Below, piece by piece: positions 1-21,319 of a stretch of DNA of 64,000 bases. The notes below the pieces were generated by a model. It did not search any database. It saw only the letters and a list, made by a program, of their open reading frames with translations, and was not told the DNA's origin. How positions within the stretch are numbered: the stretch's first letter is position 1; the number at the start of each line of letters is the position of its first letter. The position numbers and the translations under genes were made by a program. Location: the NCBI RefSeq assembly GCF_001194135.2, contig NC_068981.1:17881382-17945381 (forward strand), read 5' to 3'. This DNA comes from Octopus bimaculoides (lineage: Eukaryota).

Positions 1-26
1 GTGTGGCATGGCTCTGTGTGGGAGGA

Positions 27-56
27 TTAGGGTTAGGGTTAGGGTTAGGGTTAGGG
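27..56 (+). repeat. (TTAGGG)5 interstitial telomere-like array
   Basis: Five exact TTAGGG units. Confidence 0.9.
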
Positions 57-958
57 ATTAAGGGAGGACCAAAACCGGCCATTAGATATTCTGGTATTTT
101 GTTATAAATTATTTAATAAATATTCTTTTCTACTCTAGGCACAAGGCCTGTAATTTTTGGGGAGGTGGGGGCCAGTCGATTAGATCGACCCCAGTACGCA
201 ACTAGTACTTAATTTATCAACCCCGAAAGGATGAAAGGCAAAGTTGACCTTGGTGGAATTTGAACTCAGAACATAAAGACAGACGAAATACTGCTAAGCA
301 TTTCGCCCGGCATGCTAATGTTTCTGCCTTATTTTTAAATAAATATTATAGGGTCACATATGGCTGTGTGGTTAAGAAGCTTGCTTTGCAACCATGTGGT
401 TTTGAGTTCAGTCCCATCGCACGACACTTTAGACAAGTGTCTTCTTCTATAGTTCCAGGTCATCAAATGACTTGAGAGGGAATTTGGTAAATGGAAAATG
501 TGTGGAAGCCTGTCATATATATGTTTGTATGTATCTTTGGTGGTGTTTATTTTCTTCTCTTTATTGACGGCCAGTGTTGGTTTGTTTATGTTGCCATAAC
601 TCAGTGGGTGCAGTGAATGAGTTAAGTACCAGACATGAAAGAAATAAGTGTTGAGGTCGATTTGTTCGACCAAGCCCTTCAAAGGCAGTGCCCCAGCATG
701 GCCACAACTCAGTGAGTGAAACAAGCAAAAGATAAGTAAAAGAAAGATATATATATATATATATATATAAAATAGGCGGAGAAGCAGAGAACTGATGCTC
801 TTGGCAACTTTTCCAAAAACTGTTGAGATTGAATTTCTGTCGGTTAACGTCTGTGGGGAAAAAATGTGGGCCAAGAGGTAATTCCAGATTCATGTAGCTC
901 TGCGGATTGTTTTGTGTGGGTCTGGAGCTGAAGTTTCAGTTTATAGAAGCAAGCCAGT

Positions 959-994
<36 letters not shown>

Positions 995-1470
995 GTGGTA
1001 GTGGTGGTGGTGGTACTAGTAGTAGTAGTAGAAGAAGAAGAAGAAGAAAAAGAAGAGGAATTTGCTCTTCTGTTCTTTTCTTACTCTTTCTCTTTCTAGT
1101 TTTCTCTCAGCCCCTTTATTTTAGTAATGACTTATCCTTTCTCCCTTTTCATTATCTTGCTCCCTGTTTCTCATGCTTATAGCTCATCTCCTCCTCTCTC
1201 TCTCTGACTGACTATATCTCATTTCTTCTCTTTCCCTTTATATTTCACCCCCCCCCGTCTCTTTCTCTCATTCTCTCTGGCTGTTTCTCACCATTTCTTT
1301 CTCTCTTTTTCTCTGTAGCTATTTGTTATTCTCATACAGTCACACACGGAAACACATACACACAGAAACATGCATGCACACACACACACACAACCAGTGA
1401 ATTCAATAACATCTATAAATGACACCAACTTAATGTTCAACTGTTTAAAATCTTAAAACATTTATTACAG

Positions 1471-1541
1471 ACTTTAAAAGACGAGAGTTATGAAACAATG
1501 TTTACTCGAGTTTGTCAAGGAATCAAGGAAATTGCTGAGCA
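1471..1541 (+). CDS. POLA2: POLA2 exon (TLKDESYETMFTRVCQGIKEIAEQ)
   Basis: ttattacag acceptor, GTAAGT donor; the phase-2 junction CA|G fits the next exon. Confidence 0.8.
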
Positions 1542-4500
1542 GTAAGTGAACATGTTTACCTCTAATAGACTAAGGGAACCTCTACATCAATAGTTCTCAA
1601 CCAGGGTCCATATGAGTCTTGGGGATCTGTATAAAATTTTCTTGTTAAAGATTATGAGCAATAGGTGCAGGAGTGGCTGTGTGGTAAGTAGTTTGCTTAC
1701 CAACCACATGGTTCTGGTTTCAGTCCCACTGCGTGGCACCTTTGGCAAGTGTCTTCTACTATAGCCTCGGGCTGACCAAAGCCTTGTGAGTGGATTTGGT
1801 AGACAGAAACTGAAAGAAGCCCATCGTATATCATCATCATTGTCCTTTAACGTCCGCTTTCCATGCTAGCATGGGTTGGACGATTTGACTGAGGACTGGT
1901 GGACCAGGAGGTGACACCAGGCTCCAATCTGATTTGGCAGAGTTTCTACAGCTGGATGCCCTTCCTAACATCAACCACTCTGAGAGTGTAGTTATATATG
2001 TGTGTGTGTGTATATATATATATATGTGTGTGTGTATGTTTGTGTGTCTGTGTTTGCCCCCCCCCCCCNNNNNNNNNNNNNNNNNNNNNNNNNNNNNNNN
2101 NNNNNNNNNNNNNNNNNNNNNNNNNNNNNNNNNNNNNNNNNNNNNNNNNNNNNNNNNNNNNNNNNNNNNNNNNNNNNNNNNNNNNNNNNNNNNNNNNNNN
2201 NNNNNNNNNNNNNNNNNNNNNNNNNNNNNNNNNNNNNNNNNNNNNNNNNNNNNNGTGTGTTTACGTCCCCGTAACTTAGCGGTTCGGCAAAAGAGATCGA
2301 TAAAATAAGTACTAGGCTTACAAAGGATAAGTCCTGGGGTCGATTTCCTTAACTAAAAGGCGGTGCTCCAGCATGGCCGCAGTCAGATGACTGAAACAAG
2401 TAAAAGAGAGTAATAAATTGGTGATGCTTCTACAATACTCAAAATATTTAGAAATTTTTTTTGTACAATTCCTAATAACATTTAATTATAAAAGTATAAT
2501 TTTCTTAAATATTGGGATGGCTATGGGGGGTACAGTTGAGTAAGAGAGGAAGCAAAGGGGTCCACAGGCAAAAAAAAAAATTTGGTTGAGAGCCACTTCT
2601 TTACAAGGTTATTGAATCTGCTAGAAATAGCAGCTAATTTTCCTTTAAATTATACCTTACTCTGAGTGGCCTGAGCAAAGCATGTCTACAGTTAAGTAGT
2701 TCAGATTAACAGAGTTCGTTATAAAAGTGGTAGAAGTCTTTATTTCCTTTAGAACTTCCATTTTCTGTGAGGGCCTCTATATACCTCTGTCAGTCAGAAA
2801 ACATTGGATAATGCTGTAGATAAATTAGGCTTTGAAAAATGAGTTGGTTGCAGTTGGAATCTCTTTGATCGTAGATGTGCTCAATCAGAACTGATCTAAA
2901 ACTAGACAACAACAAAATATTAGTGATTTAGCCAGTGTGTTAAGGAGTTTGGAAAGGGACCAGGAATTGAAAATGTCATGAATTCAAAGTCTAAGAGACA
3001 AGTACCAGACAGAATGCCTCGCAATATTTTTTAGTACTGTGCGATAATCATCATCATCGTTTGTTTGCTTTCCATGCTGGCATGGGTTGGAGGATTTGAC
3101 TGAGGACTGGCGAACAAGATGGCTGCACCAGGCTCCAATCTGATCTGGCAGAGTTTCTACAGCTGGATGCCCTCCCTAACGCCAACCACTCCGAGAGTAG
3201 TGGGTGCTTTTACATGCCACTGGCATGAGGGCCAGTCAGGCGGTACTGGCAACGGCCACGCTTAAGTGGTGTGTTTTTTACGTGCCACCTGCTTGAATGC
3301 TTTTTCACGTGCCACCCTTTATAAGGCCGCATTTATTTTTTTATTTTATACCTAAAACTAATATGGTTCACAGTTATACATCTGGATATTGCTTCATCTT
3401 ACTAAAATTAATGTGATATGGCTGGATATTGACACTCCATGCCTAAACTTTACCGACATTGTAGTATTGCCATTGAAGATAATGTGAGAGTTTTTAGTTG
3501 TTGGTAATTCTTTAAATTAATAATGGTGTTGTTTGGTGTTTTCTTCTTCAGGCTCCGCTGTACCATGGTGTTGGTACCATCTGCTCGAGATGTCCACAAC
3601 ACACCGATATATCCACAACCACCATTTGAATATGGAGAGAGTGAGGTAAATCTAAAATGAAGCTGCTTTTATTCCTCTTTATTTGCAGATGATGATGGTG
3701 ATGATTATGGTGATATTGATGACTGTAAAAATTAACACTTCCTTCTCCAAGCCAAGATTCGAAACCGAATCTAAGAATTCTTGGTTGTCCAAACCACCAC
3801 GATCAACAGGCGTGAAAACAGGTTTTCTTTGTCCTGTCAAAAAGTGATTGATCATCTCCCTTTGACCTACGACCTCAGCTATGTCAGGCGAAGTTCAAAT
3901 GGACAAGAGCTGACCTATTTAGGTACAAACGCTGCTGCAGTATGTCTGTCCTTCTAGCTGCCATAGATATTATAAATATGGTGGTCAACAAGACAGAAAG
4001 AGGAGAAGGCCCTAGCAGCCAAACGAGGAACGCTTATCACAAAGACCCAGAGCAATGTTCGAAGTTCCACCGTAGACTACTGTATCAGATGAACTATGTA
4101 CACACACACGCAAACATATATTCATTTGTGATATATCATTTCTACAGATGTACCCAGTTTCTATTTCTAGCAACTCGTAGCAGTTGTCAACATTTTTGCA
4201 TGTAGTGAAGAATTATGTGTACCAATGCCAAATTAAGTCCAGTGAATAAATTATTTTTAATTATGAATCAATTCACTCATTTGTTTACTTCAAAGGCATA
4301 CATATTCCTTTTGCATCTGTTTACCATGATACACATTTAACCACTACATGACCACTATAACCCAAGTGGAGATACTGGCTATGTCTACCATCATTAGTTG
4401 GAAATTCAAGCCTATTTGCTACACATTGTTTCTTTAACTCTTTAGCATTCAGATTACTCTGTCAAATGTAATGCTTATTAACATTGTTTTGGATTCATCA

Positions 4501-7500
4501 TTTAGTGTCCATCTTCGATGCTGGCATGGGTTGGATGGTTTGACAGGAGCTGGCCAGCTGGGAGAGGGCACCAAGCCACTCTATCTGTTTTGGCATGGTT
4601 TTTTTTGGCTGGATGCTTTTCCTAATGCCAACCATTTACAGAGTGGACTGGGTGCATTTTATAAAAAAAAGATCTTTAGGAGCCAAAAGATTCAATGTGA
4701 TTGCTTGATTGGCTCTAAATGGTTACTCAATCTTTGCTGAAATCTTACTATACCTTCTTAAAAAGGGAAAGAGACAGGTCTCCTTAAAAATTGACTGAAT
4801 GGTCACAGCCTGAAAATCTTTGATTATAGATCTGCTCAATAAAGGCTGACCTGGAACCAAACAACAACCAATAGAATCTTTATTTTTGAAACAGTTCCAC
4901 AAATGGTGGGGAATCATTATAGAGTATGTTCTTCTAATAAGTGACTTGTGGTCTGAGAGTTCCTGGGTGGAAAAAGGGTACTAACTTTGTCACTGCAGGA
5001 ATGAAACGTGATTGATTAAATTGATGAGTAAATTTATTGATTTTTTTTTCTTTATCCAAATAATTGAAACCCTATTCTTACATGTTTCAGTTCATGCATT
5101 TTGTAACTGATCCGAGCCTTCTGTCTATTAACGGTGTAGTGTTTGGGATCACATCTACTGATGTCATCTTCCACATTAGTAACTCTGAATGCTTTGCGAG
5201 GTAAGTACTGTTCATATTCATGTTAACTGTTCAGCTGAATATAACAACACACTTCAGGCGTGAGACATGTGTCACTTTTAGTTGAAGAGCAGTAAGAATT
5301 CAAGGGAGAGCATTCTTAAGCCCAGCCAGTACAGGATGGCAGAAACTCTCTAGGTGGTGAGCTGGCAGAAACGTCAGCACGCCGGGCGAAATGCTTAGCG
5401 GTATTTCGTCTGCCACTACGTTCTGAGTTCAAATTTCTCAAGCACAACATAATGCCAAAGGTCTCAGTCGTTGCCTCTGTGAGGCCCAATATTCAAAAAG
5501 AACTCAGCCACTTCGCCTTCATGAGGCTCAATACTTGAAAAAACTCAGCGACCTTGTCTCTGTGAGGCCCAACGCTTGAAAAGAACTCAGTCACTTTGCC
5601 TCTCCATGAGGCCCAACACTCGAAAGGAACTCAACCACTTTGCTTCCATGAAGCCCAATGCTTGAAAGGTGCTCTTTACATGCCACTAGCACAAGTGCCA
5701 GTTACAGGACACTAGCATCAGCCACAACTACGATTTCACTTGGCTTGATGGGTCTTCTCAAGCACAGCATATCACCAAAGGTCTCAGTCACTAGTCATTG
5801 CCTCAATGTCCACATTCCATGCTTGGTTGGATGGTTCAACAGGATTTGATTAGCTTCAGGGCTACATTGGTCTCCAATATCTACTTTGGTAAGCTTCCTG
5901 TGGCTGGACACTTTTCATAGTACCGACCACTTTACAGAGTGTTAAATGTATTTTTTTTTATGTGAGATTACCAAATAACTCACAAGACAAGGTCTTTTGA
6001 CTGAGTGGTGTTGCAATATTGAGGAAGGTGTTGAAAGGCTTAAATATGAAAGAACAGGAATAGGTATCTTGCTGTAGAGGAGAGACGTAGCTACCTAGCA
6101 AGAAAGGTAAATAGTGGAGATGAGATATCTAGATGTGTTTGTGTGTGTCACACGTCAGCTAAATTTAATTTGTCTTTAGTCGAAAGACATCTGTTGTTAT
6201 GTCCCGTTATTATTCCTACTGTATTTTTGTAACATTGTTCGTTTTTCTTCTCTTTGTTTTTGTATACATTCGCTGCTTTCTTCCAAGGAATCTAATGCTA
6301 TTAGCTTAGTTTTTCCTTGGGGCTGGCCAGATTGGAGCAATATCGAGAATAACCAGCCGAAATTGCAAAGATAATCTGGATCTTGCTTGGTGAGGAGGGT
6401 GATTGTTGGACTCCCTGCGGGACAAAAAATAAGACCCGTCAGAGGGCAGAACTACTGTGTAGTCAATGGCCAATCCAACAAGTACCTTGTCACGGAAGTG
6501 CCTGTGTGCTCAATTGATCCGGAGAGCTCTGCTGGAGGGAGAGAAATCTTCCGGCAAGTTTTACCAGGCCAGATAGGTTGAAGGGTAGGAGACAGGCAAA
6601 ACCTTAACGACAATAAATCGAAGCGTTGGCAGCAGGGTGAGGATTTAGTTATCAGCAGGACCTAACAGATCGGATTCCTGGCTTTGAACTAGCAGGATGT
6701 CATGCGGAGGATCTTAAATACAAGACAATGGCTGAGACCCTAATATTCCTAGTTAGATGGAAACTGCGGGACTACATGGAGCAGCGCCCTGTGACTCCTA
6801 TAGTATGTGCAACCGAAAGCCCTATGAATAGGGGCGTCCTATAGGATGACCTAGATGAGAGATTAAGTGGGGAAGGATTCCAGTATAAAATGTAAGCCTT
6901 TGTGTTATTGTAAAAAGCCAAAGTAACTAATAAGCAATTTGTTTCCTTTTTAGCACAAATCCAATGAATCGCTTCAAACGAATCATACGCCATTTGTTCT
7001 CTCAGCAAAGGTAATCTGGGTTTTGATTACAATCTCTGTTGGATTTATGACTCCATTAATGTTATTACCATAATTAATATTTGTATGTTATATTATTGCT
7101 CTAATTAATATTACATATGTTGAACGTGATAATGTATGCTTTTGTTAATTTAATAGTTAGCTTTGAAAATAATTCACTCATACCTTATTGATAATTTTGC
7201 TCATGTATTCTTTGCAGCTAAAGTACACACACACATTCTGGATTACATTGAAAAGAATCATTTACTTGATAAGCAAACCCTCATTCAAGGGGAAACTCTA
7301 TGCAGCTGCTTACTATGCTAGAAATAGCAGCCAAATCTCTTCTCTTAGAAAAGAAATATTGGAGTCATATATCATTGCTGATAGAAGGAATCTCTTTCAT
7401 TGGCTGATGTTGATTTTCTATACCTTCACCTCTCCCATATATGTTTGGTGTGTCCCTCACATACTTTAACTGTACCATACTTTATAAATTTACTCCCTCA

Positions 7501-10500
7501 CCTGTTCCTATAAACCCTAGCTGTGCTCTTCACTTATCTGCTATAAATTGTAACTGTACTTCTCACCTATTTTTAATAGGCTTCAATAACTTACTTTTCA
7601 TCATTCCCTTATAAACTTCTGCACTATCTCATGTCATTTATAAAACCCAGCTGTTTCTTATCTGTGCCTTCTTTAAAGCCTTACTCTCACTCCGAATGTC
7701 TCTCCAAAAATCATATCCATAAGCTATCCCTCTTATTAACAACCACTGAGATTTTCTAGAAACTTTTCTCTGCAGCCTTATTGACCAATATACTTTCTGC
7801 CATGACTTAACCAGGTTTGCAGCTTATTTCTTCTCTCCTGGAAACTCTACTTAAGCTGAACCATGGTGTACAAAGGTAGTTATCATATCAACCAATTTGA
7901 TCAGAATCTAATGCTGTGGTGGTGATGATGACATCAAGCATGGATGGGATGATTCAACTCCATCACATTATCTCCCCACTTATCATCTAATTTGTGAAAT
8001 TCAGCATCCTGAGATCAATTATTACCACTTCTTCAGCCTCCTTCCATGCTGGTCAATTTTTATTGTAAGACATGCTCTTCCATTTAGGTCTCAAAACACA
8101 GAGTTCTCGTTTTAAAGATAGGAAAATTATTACATTAAACAGGTTTAGTGCCTACATAGAAACTAACTTTATTTATATCACATGAAATCAATGATTTAGT
8201 AGATCTAATTCTATAGCTCCTGTTTCTCCAGATCTGTTTATCTAACTGCTGACTCAACAAATCTGTTTCTCCAGTTCTGGATGTGCAGCTCCAGATTTAA
8301 CAGATTGATTTTTCCAGATATTTTCACTTAGTTGGTTCTATGTTCTCCTTAATGTTGCAAAGTCAAATGTCTTTACTACTACGTCTCTCTAAAAGTCATG
8401 AACACCACAACAACCAATATCTATACACAAATCACTTTTGTTCTTTCTTCCCCAGCTTCTATCCATTGTATCCATCACATAACGATGTCAGCATTAGTTT
8501 CAGTCTTGCAGAAAGTTTTGAACTTCCCACCAAACCTCACGTGTTGATCATACCATCTCAGTTCCGCTATTTCGTTGTGGTGAGTATTGTAGTATTACTG
8601 GCTGCAATGGTGTGTGGGTGGTACTTGCTACCATATTATTACTGGCTGTAGCAGTGTATGTATGCATGTGTGTGTGTGTGTGGTACTCAGCACTGTAGGA
8701 GTGTGTCTTGTTGAGTACAGTATGCCACTATAGTGATGTGTGGTGTTGAATACTATTGATTGTAGGGATTTGTGATGTTAGTGTTGCTGGCAAGGAAAGT
8801 ATGTGGTTGAGAACTGCAGGTTGTAGGGGTTTATGGTGGTTTTGAACATATACCACTATTGCCTGTAGGTACATGGTGGTATGTGCTCTAGTACTTACCT
8901 CTGTGTATCACTTATAGTAGTGGAGTGTGGTAGAAGCTAAAACTAGTTTTGTTCAAGGGTGAGTAGTGAATAATTACAATAGAGTAATTGCATCTGAAAA
9001 CACTTGAGTTTTATGAAAGTGATGACAAAAGAACTGAGATATATGGCACATTGCTGTATTCAAGGAGATTGTCTTCTACAACAGAACTGATATCCTAAAA
9101 CCAGTGCTGTGTAAATAAACATCCAATACACTCTGTAAAGTGTTTGGTATTAGGAAGGGCATCCAGCTGTAGAAACCAAGATGAAACAGACTATGAAATG
9201 TGGTGTGGCTTCTGGTCTTGCCACCTCCTGTCAAGCTGTCTAACCCATGCCAGCATGGAAAATGGATGTTAAATGATGATGATGATGATGATAAAGTTGT
9301 AAGTAGTAGAAATAATCACAGGTCCAGAAACTGGTGGCTAAGTGATAAATGGCCATCATACCATTATTCCTGATTAGATGATAGATGAGAATTTAGAAAG
9401 TTCTTAAATCACCATCATCATTTAAGATTTATGTTCCATGCTGGCATGGGTCAGGCAGTTTGAAAGGATACAATGGTTCCAAGGACTGCAGTGTACTCCA
9501 GTACAGGGTTTCTTATTTCTTTACTGCCCACAAGGGGCTACACACAGAGGGGACAAACAAAGACAGACAAATGGATTAAGTCGATTATATCGACCCCAGT
9601 ACGTAACTAGTTCTTATTCAATCGACCCTGAAAGGATGAAAGGCAAAGTTCACCTCGGCGGAATTTGAACTCAGAATGTAGCAGCAGCCGAAATACCTCT
9701 AAGCATTTCACCTGGCGTGCTAACGTTTCTGCCAGCTCGCCGCCTTATACCTCCAGTACATGGTTTCTACAGATGAATGTCCTTAATGCCAACCACTTGA
9801 CAGTGTACAGGGTGCGTTTTTCTTGGCAGCCACACTAGTTATGTCTCTCTGCAGCTCACAACGCCATGAACCCTGAGGGGATGGAAGCTGGCTTTATCCT
9901 CAGAGATAGAATGATCAGGTTGAGCTGCACAGAGATTATATCTTAGATTTTTGTTTCAATCGAGCGAGATCGTTGCCAGTGCCCCTGGACTGGCTCTTGT
10001 GTGGGTGGCACATAAAAGACACCATTTCGAGCGTGGCCGTTTTCGTGCGGGTGACACGTAAAAGCACCCACTACACTCTCTGAGTGGTTGGCGTTAGGAA
10101 GGGCATCCAGCTGTAGAAACTCTGCCAAATTAGACTGGAGCCTGGTGTAGCCATCCGGTTTCACCAGTCCTCAGTCAAATCGTCCAACCCATGCTAGCAT
10201 GGAAAGCGGACGTTAAACGATGATGATGATGATACACACACACACACACATNNNNNNNNNNNNNNNNNNNNNNNNNNNNNNNNNNNNNNNNNNNNNNNNN
10301 NNNNNNNNNNNNNNNNNNNNNNNNNNNNNNNNNNNNNNNNNNNNNNNNNNNNNNNNNNNNNNNNNNNNNNNNNNNNNNNNNNNNNNNNNNNNNNNNNNNN
10401 NNNNNNNNNNNNNNNNNNNNNNNNNNNNNNNNNNNNNNNNNNNNNNNNNNNNNNNNNNNNNNNNNNNNNNNNNNNNNNNNNNNNNNNNNNNNNNNNNNNN

Positions 10501-11249
10501 NNNNNNNNNNNNNNNNNNNNNNNNNNNNNNNNNNNNNNNNNNNNNNNNNNNNNNNNNNNNNNNNNNNNNNNNNNNNNNNNNNNNNNNNNNNNNNNNNNNN
10601 NNNNNNAATCGAGCGAGATCGTTGCCAGTGCCCCTGGACTGGCTCTTGTGTGGGTGGCACATAAAAGACACCATTTCGAGCGTGGCCGTTTTCGTGCGGG
10701 TGACACGTAAAAGCACCCACTACACTCTCTGAGTGGTTGGCGTTAGGAAGGGCATCCAGCTGTAGAAACTCTGCCAAATTAGACTGGAGCCTGGTGTAGC
10801 CATCCGGTTTCACCAGTCCTCAGTCAAATCGTCCAACCCATGCTAGCATGGAAAGCGGACGTTAAACGATGATGATGATGATACACACACACACACACAT
10901 ATTTGTCCTCGATTTGACATCAAACTGCATCTGCTATCTGCCTGTTTGGAAGATGGACATCAAATGATGATGTAGGTCGGAATAGCTGATAGCCTCTGAT
11001 TCATCCTAGTAGCATTTCAGGTGACCCAAAGTCAGGTGCCTTTGTAATTTATTCAACTGTGATCCATGAGTGAAACTTTTAATATTTTCTTCTTTGTAGG
11101 ATGTGGATGACTGTTGCTGTATCAATCCTGGGAATCTAACCAAACGAGAAGCTGGAGGAACGTTTGCTCTCATGAATATTCACAGAAGTAACAACGATCA
11201 GAAAAGTTCTCTTATTTCAGACACTGCCGTCAAAATTGTCCGAGTGTAA
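1471..11249 (+). CDS. POLA2: DNA polymerase alpha subunit B, 3' portion (6 exons: 1471-1541, 3552-3645, 5091-5200, 6954-7010, 8456-8579, 11100-11249; upstream exons not identified)
   Basis: All introns are GT-AG and phase-consistent (606 nt = 201 aa + TAA). Spliced product TLKDESYETMF...MVLVPSARDVHNTPIYPQPPF...HFVTDPSLLSINGVVFGITSTDVIFHI...NRFKRIIRHLFSQQSFYPLYPS...PHVLIIPSQFRYFVVDVDDCCCINPGNLTKREAGGTFA...VKIVRV* matches the recalled POLA2 C-terminal motifs (VPSxRD, YPQPPF, INGVxFG, SxYPLYP, PxxLIIPS, CxNPGxLTK). Confidence 0.95.
1578..2598. mobile_element. hAT (Charlie-like) MITE split by nested SINE A and RTE insertions
   Basis: Termini caatagttctcaacc / ggttgagagccactt. Confidence 0.5.
3552..3645 (+). 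CDS. POLA2: POLA2 exon (LRCTMVLVPSARDVHNTPIYPQPPFEYGESE)
   Basis: ttcttcag acceptor, GTAAAT donor; VPSxRD and YPQPPF motifs. Confidence 0.93.
5091..5200 (+). CDS. POLA2: POLA2 exon (FMHFVTDPSLLSINGVVFGITSTDVIFHISNSECFA)
   Basis: tttcag acceptor, GTAAGT donor; INGVxFG motif. Confidence 0.93.
5478..5670 (+). repeat. Degenerate ~42-bp tandem repeat, ~5 units
   Basis: Unit ~ tgaggcccaacgcttgaaaagaactcagtcactttgcctc. Confidence 0.75.
6954..7010 (+). CDS. POLA2: POLA2 exon (TNPMNRFKRIIRHLFSQQ)
   Basis: tttttag acceptor, GTAATC donor; 57 nt phase 2-2 exon bridging its neighbours. Confidence 0.88.
8456..8579 (+). CDS. POLA2: POLA2 exon (FYPLYPSHNDVSISFSLAESFELPTKPHVLIIPSQFRYFVV)
   Basis: cccag acceptor, GTGAGT donor; YPLYP and LIIPS motifs. 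Confidence 0.94.
11100..11249 (+). CDS. POLA2: POLA2 terminal exon (DVDDCCCINPGNLTKREAGGTFA...KIVRV*)
   Basis: ctttgtag acceptor, stop TAA, AATAAA at 11249-11254. Confidence 0.94.
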   Translation, partial: DVDDCCCINPGNLTKREAGGTFALMNIHRSNNDQKSSLISDTAVKIVRV

Positions 11250-11626
11250 ATAAAATAGATGTAAATGGATTTCATTTTAAAACAAACATTAAAGATTATT
11301 GAAAGGTGGCAAGCTTGTAGAATTGTTACTGCGCTGAACAAAATGCTTAACAGCATTTTTTCCGACTCTTGACATGACGAGTTCAATTTCTACCAAGGTC
11401 GACTTTGCCTTTCATCCTTTCCCACGCCCCGAAAATCGCTGGCCTTGTGCCAAAATTTGAAATTATTATTATTATAACTGAATAAAACTAATGAAAGCAA
11501 ATCCTTATCTCTGTAGTTTAATTATTGTTTATTTCAGCCAGAATCCTGTCTACCCTAAACAGATCCTAGTTTTACAAATAATATATATACAAAATTTACA
11601 GAAGATGAAGACTGTAAAAGACAACC

Positions 11627-21319
<9,693 letters not shown>

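Noticed and set aside
907-1182. Low-complexity ORFs (poly-I/S/R; also 29434-29784 poly-N)
   Set aside because: Translations of microsatellites.
5478-5670. Regularly spaced repeats as a CRISPR-like array
   Set aside because: Units are contiguous and degenerate with no unique spacers, in a eukaryotic intron with no cas genes.
9958-10900. Identical ~294-bp direct repeat (9958-10251 and 10607-10900)
   Set aside because: The copies flank an N-gap exactly, including the microsatellite; most likely a scaffolding duplication, not a biological tandem.
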